Positions 8,477 through 17,425 of a DNA stretch of 64,000 nucleotides are shown in pieces (the first letter of the stretch is position 1; each line of letters starts with the position of its first letter). The stretch covers positions 1,248,001 through 1,312,000 of the forward strand of contig CAVRVY010000001.1 of the NCBI GenBank assembly GCA_963724765.1, given 5' to 3'. The stretch is from an uncultured delta proteobacterium (GTDB lineage: Bacteria > Desulfobacterota > Binatia > Binatales > Binataceae). Made by a program: the position numbers and the translations under genes. The notes below the pieces were generated by a model. It had not been told where the DNA came from and made no database searches. It saw only the letters and a program-made list of their open reading frames with translations.

Positions 8477-9979
8477 ATGAGCAAACCGCAAACGCCAACG
8501 CCGCCGATATCCGGCGGATCGAAAGTTACAGACGGACTCCAAGGCGCCAACGGATCCGAGACCGTCAATGAGGTCACGGCCGCCAATGGCTCCGCGATCG
8601 CCACTGGATCGCCGGCCGCCCGCGGGCCCGGTCTCCAGCCGAAAATCACCACCGCGGTTCCCGGACCAAATTCGCGCGCGTTGTTCGCCGACGAGCAGAG
8701 CCATATCGCACCCGGCCGCCAGCGTATCTCGCTCCTTACCGGCCTCGCGTTCGATCATGGCGAGGGGGCGACGCTCACCGACGTCGACGGCAACGTGTTC
8801 GTCGATTTTTTCGCCGGGGTCGCGGTCGCGAGCCTCGGCCATGGTCATCCGGCACTGGCGCAGGCGCTCTCGCGCCAGGCCTCGCGGCTCATCGTCGGCA
8901 CCTTCGCCACGCCCGAGCGCGCGGAGGCCTTCAGGATGCTCGGTGAGGCCGCGCCCGCCGGACTCAATCGCGCCCATCTGTATAGCGGAGGTGCCGAGGC
9001 AGTTGAGGCAGCGCTCAGGCTCGCGCGCTCGAAGACCAAACGACACGAGGTGTTGAGCTTCTGGGGCGGCTTTCACGGCAAGACCGGCGGCGTGATCGGG
9101 CTTATCGGCGACGAGTCCAAGCAGGGCTACGGCCCGCTCCCCGGCGGCCAGTACATCGTGCCGTATGCCGACTGTTATCGATGCCCATTCAAGCTGGAAT
9201 ATCCCGAGTGCGGGATGTACTGCGTGGACTTCGCCCGCCAGCAGCTCAAGCACAGCTCGGCGGGGGCGCTGGCGGCCGTCATAGTCGAGCCGATGCAGGG
9301 AACGGCGGGCAACGTGATTCCGCCCGACGACTACCTGCCGGCGGTAAAACAACTCGCGCACGACCACGGCGCGATGCTCGTCGCGGATGAAATGATCACC
9401 GGCTTCGGCCGCACCGGACGGATGTGGGGAATCGAGCACAGCGGCGTCGCGCCCGACATCATGACCATCGGCAAGGGGATGGGCTCGGGCTTCCCGGTCT
9501 CCGGCGTGCTGCTCAGCGATGAGCTCGGACGAAGCGAGCCGTTTGGCAAGCCGAGCGCGTCGTCGTCGAGCTACGGCGGCAATCCCCTGGCTGCGGTGGC
9601 GGTCGCCGAAACGCTGCGCACGATCAAGCGCGAGGGCCTGATTGAAAATTCCGCCGTCGTCGGCGCGTTCATGCTCGAGCGCCTGATGCGGCTAAAAGAG
9701 AAATACGAATTCGTCGGCGACGTGCGCGGCAAGGGCCTGCTGATCGGGCTTGATTTGGTGCGCGATCGCAAGTCCAAGGAGATGCTCGGCCGTTCGGTAA
9801 CCGAGACCATCTTCACGGAGGCGCTGAGGCGCGGCCTCCTGGTGATGGGCTATTTCCCGCGCATGCGGATCAATCCGCCGCTGGTCATCACGCGCGAGCA
9901 GGCCGAAGCGGGGGTGGAAATCCTCGATGAGGTTTTCGCCCACGTCCGCGATCATCTTGACTGGCGCGCCGCTCCCTAG
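8477..9979 (+). CDS. class III PLP aminotransferase (GabT-like)
   Basis: DVDGNVFVDF, SGGAEAVEAA, FHGKT, VEPMQG, DEMITGFGRTG, PDIMTIGKG. Confidence 0.92.
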   Translation: MSKPQTPTPPISGGSKVTDGLQGANGSETVNEVTAANGSAIATGSPAARGPGLQPKITTAVPGPNSRALFADEQSHIAPGRQRISLLTGLAFDHGEGATLTDVDGNVFVDFFAGVAVASLGHGHPALAQALSRQASRLIVGTFATPERAEAFRMLGEAAPAGLNRAHLYSGGAEAVEAALRLARSKTKRHEVLSFWGGFHGKTGGVIGLIGDESKQGYGPLPGGQYIVPYADCYRCPFKLEYPECGMYCVDFARQQLKHSSAGALAAVIVEPMQGTAGNVIPPDDYLPAVKQLAHDHGAMLVADEMITGFGRTGRMWGIEHSGVAPDIMTIGKGMGSGFPVSGVLLSDELGRSEPFGKPSASSSSYGGNPLAAVAVAETLRTIKREGLIENSAVVGAFMLERLMRLKEKYEFVGDVRGKGLLIGLDLVRDRKSKEMLGRSVTETIFTEALRRGLLVMGYFPRMRINPPLVITREQAEAGVEILDEVFAHVRDHLDWRAAP

Positions 9980-10000
9980 GTCACACGGAAAGAGTCGGCA

Positions 10001-10477
10001 ATGGCTGAAGACGCCGGAAATCGTGGACTGTTCTGCGACTTGGCAGGGACGCTGGTGAAGATGGATGACACCCGCCAGCTTCCGCTGGGCGCCGACGGAA
10101 AAATCGTGGTCGAGCTGCTGCCCGGCGTGGCCGCCAAGCTCAGCCCGATACGCGATCATCTGATCTTTGTCGTCACCAACCAGGCTGGAATCGCGCGCGG
10201 GCGGCTCAGCCTCGAGCAGGTCGAAGCCGCAATCGGCGAGTTCGATCGCCAGCTCGGCGACATCCTGACCGGATGGCAGATCTGTCCTCACGACGACGCC
10301 GACCGATGCGCGTGCCGCAAGCCCAAGGGCGGGATGCTGACCGAGTTGGGCGCGATCTATGGCGTGGATATGGCGGGCTCGACGATGGTCGGTGACCAGG
10401 AAGTCGACGCCGCGGCGGCGCGCGCGGCGGGCGTCGGCCAATTCGTCTGGGCGCATGATTTCTTCGGCTGGAAATAG
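10001..10477 (+). CDS. HAD-IIIA / GmhB-like phosphatase
   Basis: VTNQAGIARG, CPH..C.CRKP Zn motif, MVGD; motif I reads DLAGT, so the second Asp is missing. Confidence 0.8.
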   Translation: MAEDAGNRGLFCDLAGTLVKMDDTRQLPLGADGKIVVELLPGVAAKLSPIRDHLIFVVTNQAGIARGRLSLEQVEAAIGEFDRQLGDILTGWQICPHDDADRCACRKPKGGMLTELGAIYGVDMAGSTMVGDQEVDAAAARAAGVGQFVWAHDFFGWK

Positions 10478-10640
10478 CCGGCGTCAGCCGCCTCGCGGGA
10501 CTTTTCGGACCGCTTGCACGTCGCTCGGCAAGCTGAACTTGACCGCCGCGATGAAAGCCGACACATTAATCTACGTGAATTGACGGTGCGCAGCCGGGGC
10601 CGGCGATGATTCGATGCAGCCCCTATCCAGATCAGATCCA

Positions 10641-10973
10641 ATGAATCGTGGGCGAACGCATCGTCGAAGCTGGATACGGACGATAGCCGGTATCGGCGCG
10701 GTTATACTGCTCGTCGCGCAGACCGTCGGCATTGCGCATTTCCATCCGCTCCCCTCCCAGCAAAAATACGTCGCGAGTGCTGCCGTCAGCGTTGACGACG
10801 GCCTTTGCGCGCTCTGTCTAGTCCGTTTCCACAGCCCGGCCGCCGTCATCGTGGCGCGTCATCCGACGGCGCTGATGCTGGCGGAACTGACCGCTCATAG
10901 CGCGGCTAGTACGGAGCCGCATTCTTCGTATCGATCGCATTGCTTCGGCCGGGCTCCGCCCGCGTCAGTCTGA
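10641..10973 (+). CDS. DUF2946/CruR-like leader peptide
   Basis: N-terminal TM segment followed by AHFH, central CALC (CxxC), C-terminal GRAPP four codons before the stop; directly upstream of a TonB-dependent receptor. Confidence 0.85.
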   Translation: MNRGRTHRRSWIRTIAGIGAVILLVAQTVGIAHFHPLPSQQKYVASAAVSVDDGLCALCLVRFHSPAAVIVARHPTALMLAELTAHSAASTEPHSSYRSHCFGRAPPASV

Positions 10974-11179
10974 ACTCCCCCCGTTTCGCAAAGTCGAAGA
11001 GTCGATGCGCGTGGGTTTTTTGGCCACGCGCGGCGCCGCGCGGCGAGATTATGGCGGCGCAGTGCTTTGCATTGGAGAAGTACGCGATGCGATCAATTCC
11101 ATCGACGCATGGCTTGGCCGTGCGGATGTCACGTGGCCATGGGGCCGCGCGGGATGAGATTTATACGGAGGAGTTCAAG

Positions 11180-13591
11180 ATGCGGAGCAGAATGCGAAGG
11201 TTAGTAGGAACGGCAATCGCGCTGCTGGCAATAACTTTTATCTTCATGCCGCTGGCCCAAGCAGCGGGCATGGGTGGGCGGCAAAATGTCACCGGTACAG
11301 TCAAAGATGCGCTGGGTCGGCCGCTGGCCGATACGAAATTGGTTTTAGAGGCCGCGGATGGTCATATTCTAGCGCGAACGCGGAGCGGTCAGGACGGCAA
11401 CTTCGAGTTCCGCGACGTGCCCAATGGCACGTATGCGATAGCGGCGAACAAGGATGGTTTCACGACCGGCACCTCGATTGTGGCGGTGAAGTCCCAGGGG
11501 GTCGCTAATCTCGACATCGCTCTTCAGTCTAAAACCGCGCTGAGTCTCCGGGTGGCGACTACCAGGATCAATCCCCAGCCCAACGCCATCTCGGAAACGG
11601 GCAACAGCCAGTATACGCTGACCGAGCATAACATCGAATCCCTTCCGCAAGGTGTTAACACCCCGATTAACGAAGTGCTTCTTCAGATGCCTGGAGTAGT
11701 TCAGGACGACGAAGCACAGGTTCATGTCGACGGTGAGCATGAAGACCTTCAGTGGCGCGTCAACGGGGTCATGATGCCGATGGATAGCTTCACGGGATTC
11801 GGCCAGATCTTCAACAGCTTTTTCGTGAAGAGCGTGAGCTTGGTCGATGGAATCCTACCGGTCACCTACGGCTTCCGGGACGCCGGCGTGCTCGACATGG
11901 TGACTAAAGACGGCTGCTCCAACCCTGGAGGGAACGTGGGATTCTATGGCGGGCAGCGGGAATGGGTGCAACCGAGCTTCGAGTATGGTGGATGTGACGG
12001 ACCGCTAAGCTACTACGTCACCGGGACATGGCTTCACAACAATTTGGCTTTCAGTTCGGCCACGCCTGGCCCGACCCCAATCCACAACATTACGAACCAA
12101 GGTCAGTTTTTCGGTAACTACACCTACGAGATCAGCCCGCTCACCAAGTTGAGCTTGATTACCGGCGTTTCGGTCAACAACAGTCAGTATCCTACTTCGC
12201 CTGGGCTTCCGCCACTCTTCCAGCTCGCCGGAGTAAATCCCGCCAGCTTCCCCTCAACCGATATCGCCGAGAATCTCGACCAGGACTACTACTTCGGAGT
12301 GCTCGCGCTGACCGGCGTAATCGGCCCAGACATCAACTATCAGGTCGCTTACACGGGCGCCTACAGCATGATCCAGTTCAGTCCGGATCCGATCGGCGAC
12401 TTGATCTATGAAGGCGGCGCCTCGAACTCCTTCCGCAGCGAATTCGACAACTCACTCCAGGCGGACCTGTCCCGCCAGTTTGACTGGCCCCACTTCGGCT
12501 CGCACAACATCGGTACCGGCTTCTATCTCGGATATTATGGGGTTGAGGCGGACGACACCACGCTGGCATTTCCGGTAAACTCGCAGGGACAGCAGACCAG
12601 CAATGTTCCAATCAGCATCACTGATAACCTGAACAACATAAACATGCTCTATGGCGTGTATCTACAGGACATCTGGTCAATCAACGAGAAATTGACCCTG
12701 ACCACCGGTGTCCGCTGGGACGGCGTAAGCGGGATCATCAACAACAATATGGTTAGCCCGCGGATCAACTTACTATACAAGATCAATCCGGATACGGCGT
12801 TACACGCCGGGTTTGCGCGCTACTTTCAGACGCCTGATTTTGCGACGATCTCGCAACAGAGCTTCGCGCTCTTCCAGAATACCACGGCCGCGGTCGGACA
12901 GGGCGGACTGCAGCCGTATCCCGAGAAGGACTATTACTGGGATGCGGGCGTGCTGCATCACTTTGGGTCTCATCTGACCGTGACGGAGAACGCCTACTTC
13001 CGTCTCTCGCAGGACCTGATCGATTTAGGGCAATTCGGCTTTGTGCCGATTTTCGAACCCTTCAACTATGAACATGGACGGATTTGGGGGTCAGAATTCA
13101 GCGCTACTTACAATTGGGGAGACCTGAGTTTCCGCGGGAACTTCACCTACTCGGTGGCGCAGGGTAATAACGTTGTGAGCGGCCAGTTCAACTTCACGCC
13201 CGCGGAAGTTGCGTATATCAAAAATCACTACATTTTCCTCGATCATACCCAGCAGTACACCGCCTCTGGAGGAATTACTTACCATTGGAAGAGCTACCTT
13301 TTCAGCATGGATGGCGTCTTTGGAAGTGGCCTGCGTTCTGGCTTCGCCAATACCGACGAACTCGGGGAGAACTTTCAAATTAACCTGGCGGCGGAGAAGG
13401 CCTGGCAGGTGCCGAAGGTCGGTGAAGTCAAGACCCGCGTGGTGCTCATCAACGCCACTGATAATATCAACGAGCTCCGCAATGGCACCGGTATCGGAAT
13501 ATTCGAACCCGGCTATGGCCCACGCCGAGCGGTTTACGGTGGGATCACAGTGCCGCTGCCGCCGATCGGGGGATCGAGGGGAACTCCATGA
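11180..13591 (+). CDS. TonB-dependent outer-membrane receptor with N-terminal carboxypeptidase-regulatory-like domain
   Basis: GGAGGAG RBS before ATG 11180; signal peptide; VTGTVKDALGRPL domain; LLQMPGVVQD plug; YLQDIWSI, SPRINL and other beta-barrel strands. Confidence 0.92.
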   Translation: MRSRMRRLVGTAIALLAITFIFMPLAQAAGMGGRQNVTGTVKDALGRPLADTKLVLEAADGHILARTRSGQDGNFEFRDVPNGTYAIAANKDGFTTGTSIVAVKSQGVANLDIALQSKTALSLRVATTRINPQPNAISETGNSQYTLTEHNIESLPQGVNTPINEVLLQMPGVVQDDEAQVHVDGEHEDLQWRVNGVMMPMDSFTGFGQIFNSFFVKSVSLVDGILPVTYGFRDAGVLDMVTKDGCSNPGGNVGFYGGQREWVQPSFEYGGCDGPLSYYVTGTWLHNNLAFSSATPGPTPIHNITNQGQFFGNYTYEISPLTKLSLITGVSVNNSQYPTSPGLPPLFQLAGVNPASFPSTDIAENLDQDYYFGVLALTGVIGPDINYQVAYTGAYSMIQFSPDPIGDLIYEGGASNSFRSEFDNSLQADLSRQFDWPHFGSHNIGTGFYLGYYGVEADDTTLAFPVNSQGQQTSNVPISITDNLNNINMLYGVYLQDIWSINEKLTLTTGVRWDGVSGIINNNMVSPRINLLYKINPDTALHAGFARYFQTPDFATISQQSFALFQNTTAAVGQGGLQPYPEKDYYWDAGVLHHFGSHLTVTENAYFRLSQDLIDLGQFGFVPIFEPFNYEHGRIWGSEFSATYNWGDLSFRGNFTYSVAQGNNVVSGQFNFTPAEVAYIKNHYIFLDHTQQYTASGGITYHWKSYLFSMDGVFGSGLRSGFANTDELGENFQINLAAEKAWQVPKVGEVKTRVVLINATDNINELRNGTGIGIFEPGYGPRRAVYGGITVPLPPIGGSRGTP

Positions 13592-13741
13592 GCTCTGCTG
13601 ACGCTGTTGATGGGATGAGCCGGACATTTATTTGAGCAGGCCCTGATAATTGCCCAAGATGGTATTTTGGATTCAAGCGGACGGCCGAGCCGGAAATATC
13701 CATTTGCGCCGATCAAAGGGCGCCTTTGCTAGGAGCTGACG

Positions 13742-14434
13742 ATGAGTGAACTCAGGAGTGCCCTGAATGAACTGCAATACGGCGGCGCGATGGTATATCC
13801 GCTGCTGTTTCTCGGAATTGTCGCCGTGCTGATCATTCTCGACCGCGCGGTGGCTTACTACCGATCCCTGCGATTGCCGCGCCCGTTGGCGGAGCTGGTA
13901 GAGACCTATGGCTTTTCCTGGGATGAATTGGATCGGCAACTTGCGGCGCTCGCGCCAGTGAATGTTTACCGGCGCTTCTTCGAAGTGATTAGCGACAATC
14001 GCAACAAGCCTGCATGGTGGGTCGAATCGCGCGCCGGTGACGAAGCGGGCGATATCGAGAAGAGCCTCAGCCGCGGCCTGTGGATACTGGAGACCGTGGT
14101 TACCGCCGCGCCATTGCTGGGCTTGCTCGGCACCATCACCGGCATGATGCAGGCCTTCAAGGTGATCGGAGGATCGGGGCTGGTCGCGCCGACGCAGGTG
14201 ACCTCGGGCGTGGCGCAGGCGCTGATCTCGACGGCGCTAGGCCTTCTGATCGCACTCTTCGCGCTGTTCGGGTTTAACTTTTTCGCACGCACGCAGTCGC
14301 AGACGCTCGATCATCTGGAGCGCCTGGGGTCGAAGCTGATTGACCATATCCGCCTGGATGAGGAAACCGGGGAAAAGGAAGCCGCTGCCAACGTGACCCC
14401 GCTCACGCCGCGAGAGGGAAGGGGCATCCGATGA
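13742..14434 (+). CDS. exbB: MotA/TolQ/ExbB proton channel
   Basis: APLLGLLGTITGM...GVAQALISTALGL. Confidence 0.9.
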   Translation: MSELRSALNELQYGGAMVYPLLFLGIVAVLIILDRAVAYYRSLRLPRPLAELVETYGFSWDELDRQLAALAPVNVYRRFFEVISDNRNKPAWWVESRAGDEAGDIEKSLSRGLWILETVVTAAPLLGLLGTITGMMQAFKVIGGSGLVAPTQVTSGVAQALISTALGLLIALFALFGFNFFARTQSQTLDHLERLGSKLIDHIRLDEETGEKEAAANVTPLTPREGRGIR

Positions 14435-14832
14435 AGCTGCGCAAGGGCCGAGGCTATCGGCGGGGCCGAATCGAGATCATCCCGATGATCGACGTGATGT
14501 TTTTTTTGCTGGTGACCTTCATGCTGGCGTCGCTGTCGATGCAGAGTCTGAACTCGATCACGGTCAATCTTCCGCAGGGCGACGCGCCCAACCTGCAGCA
14601 CAAGGAGCCGGTCGCACTGACTATTACGAAGGATAGTAAGATATTTCTCGACAAGACTCCGACCACGCTTACTACGATGGCATTCACTCTGAAGAGCATG
14701 CTGCAAGGACAGGATCAGGGAGTGGTGGTCAACGCGGACGGCGCCGCGCCCGAAGGTATCGTGGTGGAGGCAATGCTCCAGGCGCGCCGGGCTGGAGTGG
14801 AGCACTTTCTGATCGCGGTCAAGCGCGAATGA
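14431..14832 (+). CDS. exbD: ExbD/TolR biopolymer transport protein
   Basis: IIPMIDVMFFLLVTFM; ATGA coupling to exbB. Confidence 0.92.
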   Translation: MKLRKGRGYRRGRIEIIPMIDVMFFLLVTFMLASLSMQSLNSITVNLPQGDAPNLQHKEPVALTITKDSKIFLDKTPTTLTTMAFTLKSMLQGQDQGVVVNADGAAPEGIVVEAMLQARRAGVEHFLIAVKRE

Positions 14833-15569
14833 ACGGTACGGTTCAAACAGCTTCGCCGTTCCTGGACGAACCCTGGCGGCGGCTGGCCTGGATCGCGCCG
14901 CTATCGATCGCCATCTGGGCCGCGATATTGCTGGCTTTCGCGCTTGTACTCAAGCAAACGGCGCCGCCCTTGCCCGAACTCAAGCCGATCGAGGCACGGA
15001 TCGTCGAGTTGCCGCCTGCGGTCGGTTTGCAAGGCGGCCCGGCCGCCGCCCCGCATCCGGTTGCGCCTGCGCCACCCAAACCCAAGCCTAAGCTCGAAGT
15101 CCGGCGCAAAGTGATTGTGCCGGTGCATCCGCATAAGGAGAGAATCATCCCGGAAGCTCCGCCGTCGGTCGCCGGGACGCGAAAGGAAGCGCCCGCGGAA
15201 TCGAGCGCCAGCACCAGGAGCGCGGCGACCGGCGCGAGTACCGAAAGTGGCAGCGTGCAGGGGAAAGAAGGCAGCGGCAGCGGATCGGGGCTTGGCAGCG
15301 ACAGTCTCGGTGCGCGGGCGATCTATTCGCCCGTGCCGAAGATTCCGGATGAGTTGCGCGAGACCGCATTCCAGGCGGTGGCGGTGGCGCACTTCGAGGT
15401 CTCTTACGACGGAAATGTGAAAGTGACGCTGGCCAAGCCGACCGCGGATCCGCGGCTCAACCAGATTCTGATCAGCACGCTTGAGCAGTGGCGTTTCTTT
15501 CCCGCGATGAAGGGTGGAGTGGCGATCGATTCAGCCTTCGACGTGCGAATTCCGATAAGCGTTCAGTGA
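14829..15569 (+). CDS. tonB: TonB energy transducer
   Basis: N-terminal TM, Pro/Lys-rich linker (PPKPKPK), C-terminal QWRFFPAMKGG..I. Confidence 0.85.
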   Translation: MNGTVQTASPFLDEPWRRLAWIAPLSIAIWAAILLAFALVLKQTAPPLPELKPIEARIVELPPAVGLQGGPAAAPHPVAPAPPKPKPKLEVRRKVIVPVHPHKERIIPEAPPSVAGTRKEAPAESSASTRSAATGASTESGSVQGKEGSGSGSGLGSDSLGARAIYSPVPKIPDELRETAFQAVAVAHFEVSYDGNVKVTLAKPTADPRLNQILISTLEQWRFFPAMKGGVAIDSAFDVRIPISVQ

Positions 15570-15621
15570 TCCCAAGCCTCTTCCACTTCAGGGTCTTGAT
15601 AAAGCTCCCATATGCAGTACG

Positions 15622-16356
15622 GTGACCGACCGTATGCGATTCATGCCGATAGTCATGGCTTCGGTAACGCTAATCTCGACCGGGCTTGGCGGAATGGCCG
15701 CCCTGCGGTTTCGCGATCGTCTTCATCTTCTGCTCGGATTCAGTGCGGGGGCGGTAATGGCGGTGGCCCTCTTCGATATATTGCCGGAGGTCTTTGCGCT
15801 CGACGGTGGCTCCTCGTACATGCCATTCGCCGCGGCAGGATTTCTGGCCTTCTTCGGGTTGGAGCGCTACACGGCGCTCCACCGCTCGCGTGAGCACGTA
15901 CACACCGCGATCGTTCACGAGCAGGAACTTGGCGCGCTGTCCGCGGCCGGATTGACGTTTCACAGCTTCCTCGACGGCGTCGCTATCGGAGTGGGCTTTC
16001 AGACCAGCACGAGAATCGGACTGCTGATCGCGCTCGGAATAATCGTGCATGATCTCAGCGACGGCCTGAACACGGTGACCGTCGTTTTGGCCCATGGTAA
16101 TCCGCGCAGGCGCGCGATGTTCTGGCTCGCGGCGGACATGATCGCGCCGGTTCTGGGCGCCGCTACCGCGCTCCTCATAAATCTGCACGGACTGCTGCCG
16201 TGGATCCTTGCGTTCTTCGCGGGGTCGTTTCTTTACATCGGAGCCTCGGATCTCCTGCCGGAAGCGAAAGAGCACGATTCGCCATGGGTCGGCGTGGCCA
16301 CGGCCATCGGCATGCTGGTAATTTATCTGGCTACCCGAATGCTCCGAAGACTATGA
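15622..16356 (+). CDS. ZIP-family divalent metal transporter
   Basis: HSFLDG and HDLSDG metal-site motifs; His-rich loop HRSREHVHTAIVHE; AGSFLYI...DLLPEA. Confidence 0.9.
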   Translation: MTDRMRFMPIVMASVTLISTGLGGMAALRFRDRLHLLLGFSAGAVMAVALFDILPEVFALDGGSSYMPFAAAGFLAFFGLERYTALHRSREHVHTAIVHEQELGALSAAGLTFHSFLDGVAIGVGFQTSTRIGLLIALGIIVHDLSDGLNTVTVVLAHGNPRRRAMFWLAADMIAPVLGAATALLINLHGLLPWILAFFAGSFLYIGASDLLPEAKEHDSPWVGVATAIGMLVIYLATRMLRRL

Positions 16357-16430
16357 TCTAGTTGTTTGACCAGAGCCTGCTTCGATCTTCACGTGCCGAA
16401 TTCCGATAAACGTTCGGTGAGCGAATTCTC

Positions 16431-16455
16431 CGGCTGGCATTCGCAGCCGCTTTTT
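16431..16455 (+). terminator. putative intrinsic terminator of the TBDR-ZIP operon
   Basis: CGGCTG-7 nt-CAGCCG hairpin followed by CTTTTT. Confidence 0.55.
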
Positions 16456-16522
16456 GACAGAAATCGGCCTGGGGCGAGGCGCCCCTTCGCGTCTCTCATC
16501 TGACAACGCAGGAGGTGACAGC

Positions 16523-17380
16523 ATGAAGATTGGATTGCTGATGCCGTTTACCGAGGATACCGCTAATCCGGCAGACTTTTGCCGAGCCGCCGAGGCGTTG
16601 GGTTTCGAATCGATGTGGGTGCCCGAGCATCCGATTCTCCCTGCCAATCCCAAGACTCCGTTCCCGCAGGGCGGGCCGATTCCGCCCGTCTACTCGCACA
16701 TGGGCGATCAGTTCGTCGCGCTCAGCATGGCCGCCGCCGCGACCAGGAAACTGAAGCTCGCCACCGGCATCTGTCTGGTGCCCGAGCACAACCCGATGAT
16801 CCTTGCCAAGCAGATCGGCAGCCTCGACAACTTCTCGGGCGGCCGCTTCATCTTCGGCATCGGGGCCGGCTGGCTGCGCGAAGAAACCGAACTGCTCGGC
16901 GGCGACTTTCCGCACCGCTGGACGCAGACCGCCGAATACGTTGCCGCGATGCGCGCGCTCTGGACCAAGGGCGAAGCGTCGTTCGAGGGAAAGTACGTCA
17001 AGTTTCCCGCCATCCGATCCTATCCGCGCCCCGCGCAGCCGGCCGGCCCGCCGGTGTTGCTTGGCAGCCGCGACAAGAATGCGCTCAAGCGCGTCGCCAA
17101 GTGGGGCGACGGATGGTGCCCGATTCGCATCAGTGTCGACGAGATGAAACAGGCGACTGCGGAATTACGCGAGGAGTGCCATAAGGCGGCCCGCGAATAT
17201 GGCCGGCTCGATCTCACTGTGATGGGCTCGGTGGGCGACGAGCGCGCCAAGGTCCAGGACGAACTCGGCAGGTACGGGGCGCTCGGCGTCGGCCGCTTCG
17301 TGATCGCGCTGGTCGCCGGCGCGCTCGGTCCGGATAAGTACGCGCCGGAACTCGAGCGGCTGGCGAAAGCCTACCTCTAA
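16523..17380 (+). CDS. LLM-class (F420-dependent-type) oxidoreductase
   Basis: GGAGG RBS; AEALGFESMWVPEH, LAKQIGSLDNFSGGRFIFGIGAGWLREE. Confidence 0.88.
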   Translation: MKIGLLMPFTEDTANPADFCRAAEALGFESMWVPEHPILPANPKTPFPQGGPIPPVYSHMGDQFVALSMAAAATRKLKLATGICLVPEHNPMILAKQIGSLDNFSGGRFIFGIGAGWLREETELLGGDFPHRWTQTAEYVAAMRALWTKGEASFEGKYVKFPAIRSYPRPAQPAGPPVLLGSRDKNALKRVAKWGDGWCPIRISVDEMKQATAELREECHKAAREYGRLDLTVMGSVGDERAKVQDELGRYGALGVGRFVIALVAGALGPDKYAPELERLAKAYL

Positions 17381-17425
17381 CGGATCGGCGGGATCTGCGT
17401 GATCTGAAGGATTGCCTGGCTGAGG

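Noticed and set aside
8477-9979. Calling the aminotransferase hpnO
   Set aside because: It looks GabT-like and lies in a different operon; orthology cannot be supported by eye.
10940-11179. N-terminal extension of the TonB receptor given by the ORF track
   Set aside because: The RBS and signal peptide point to ATG 11180; the upstream part is better explained as regulatory leader.
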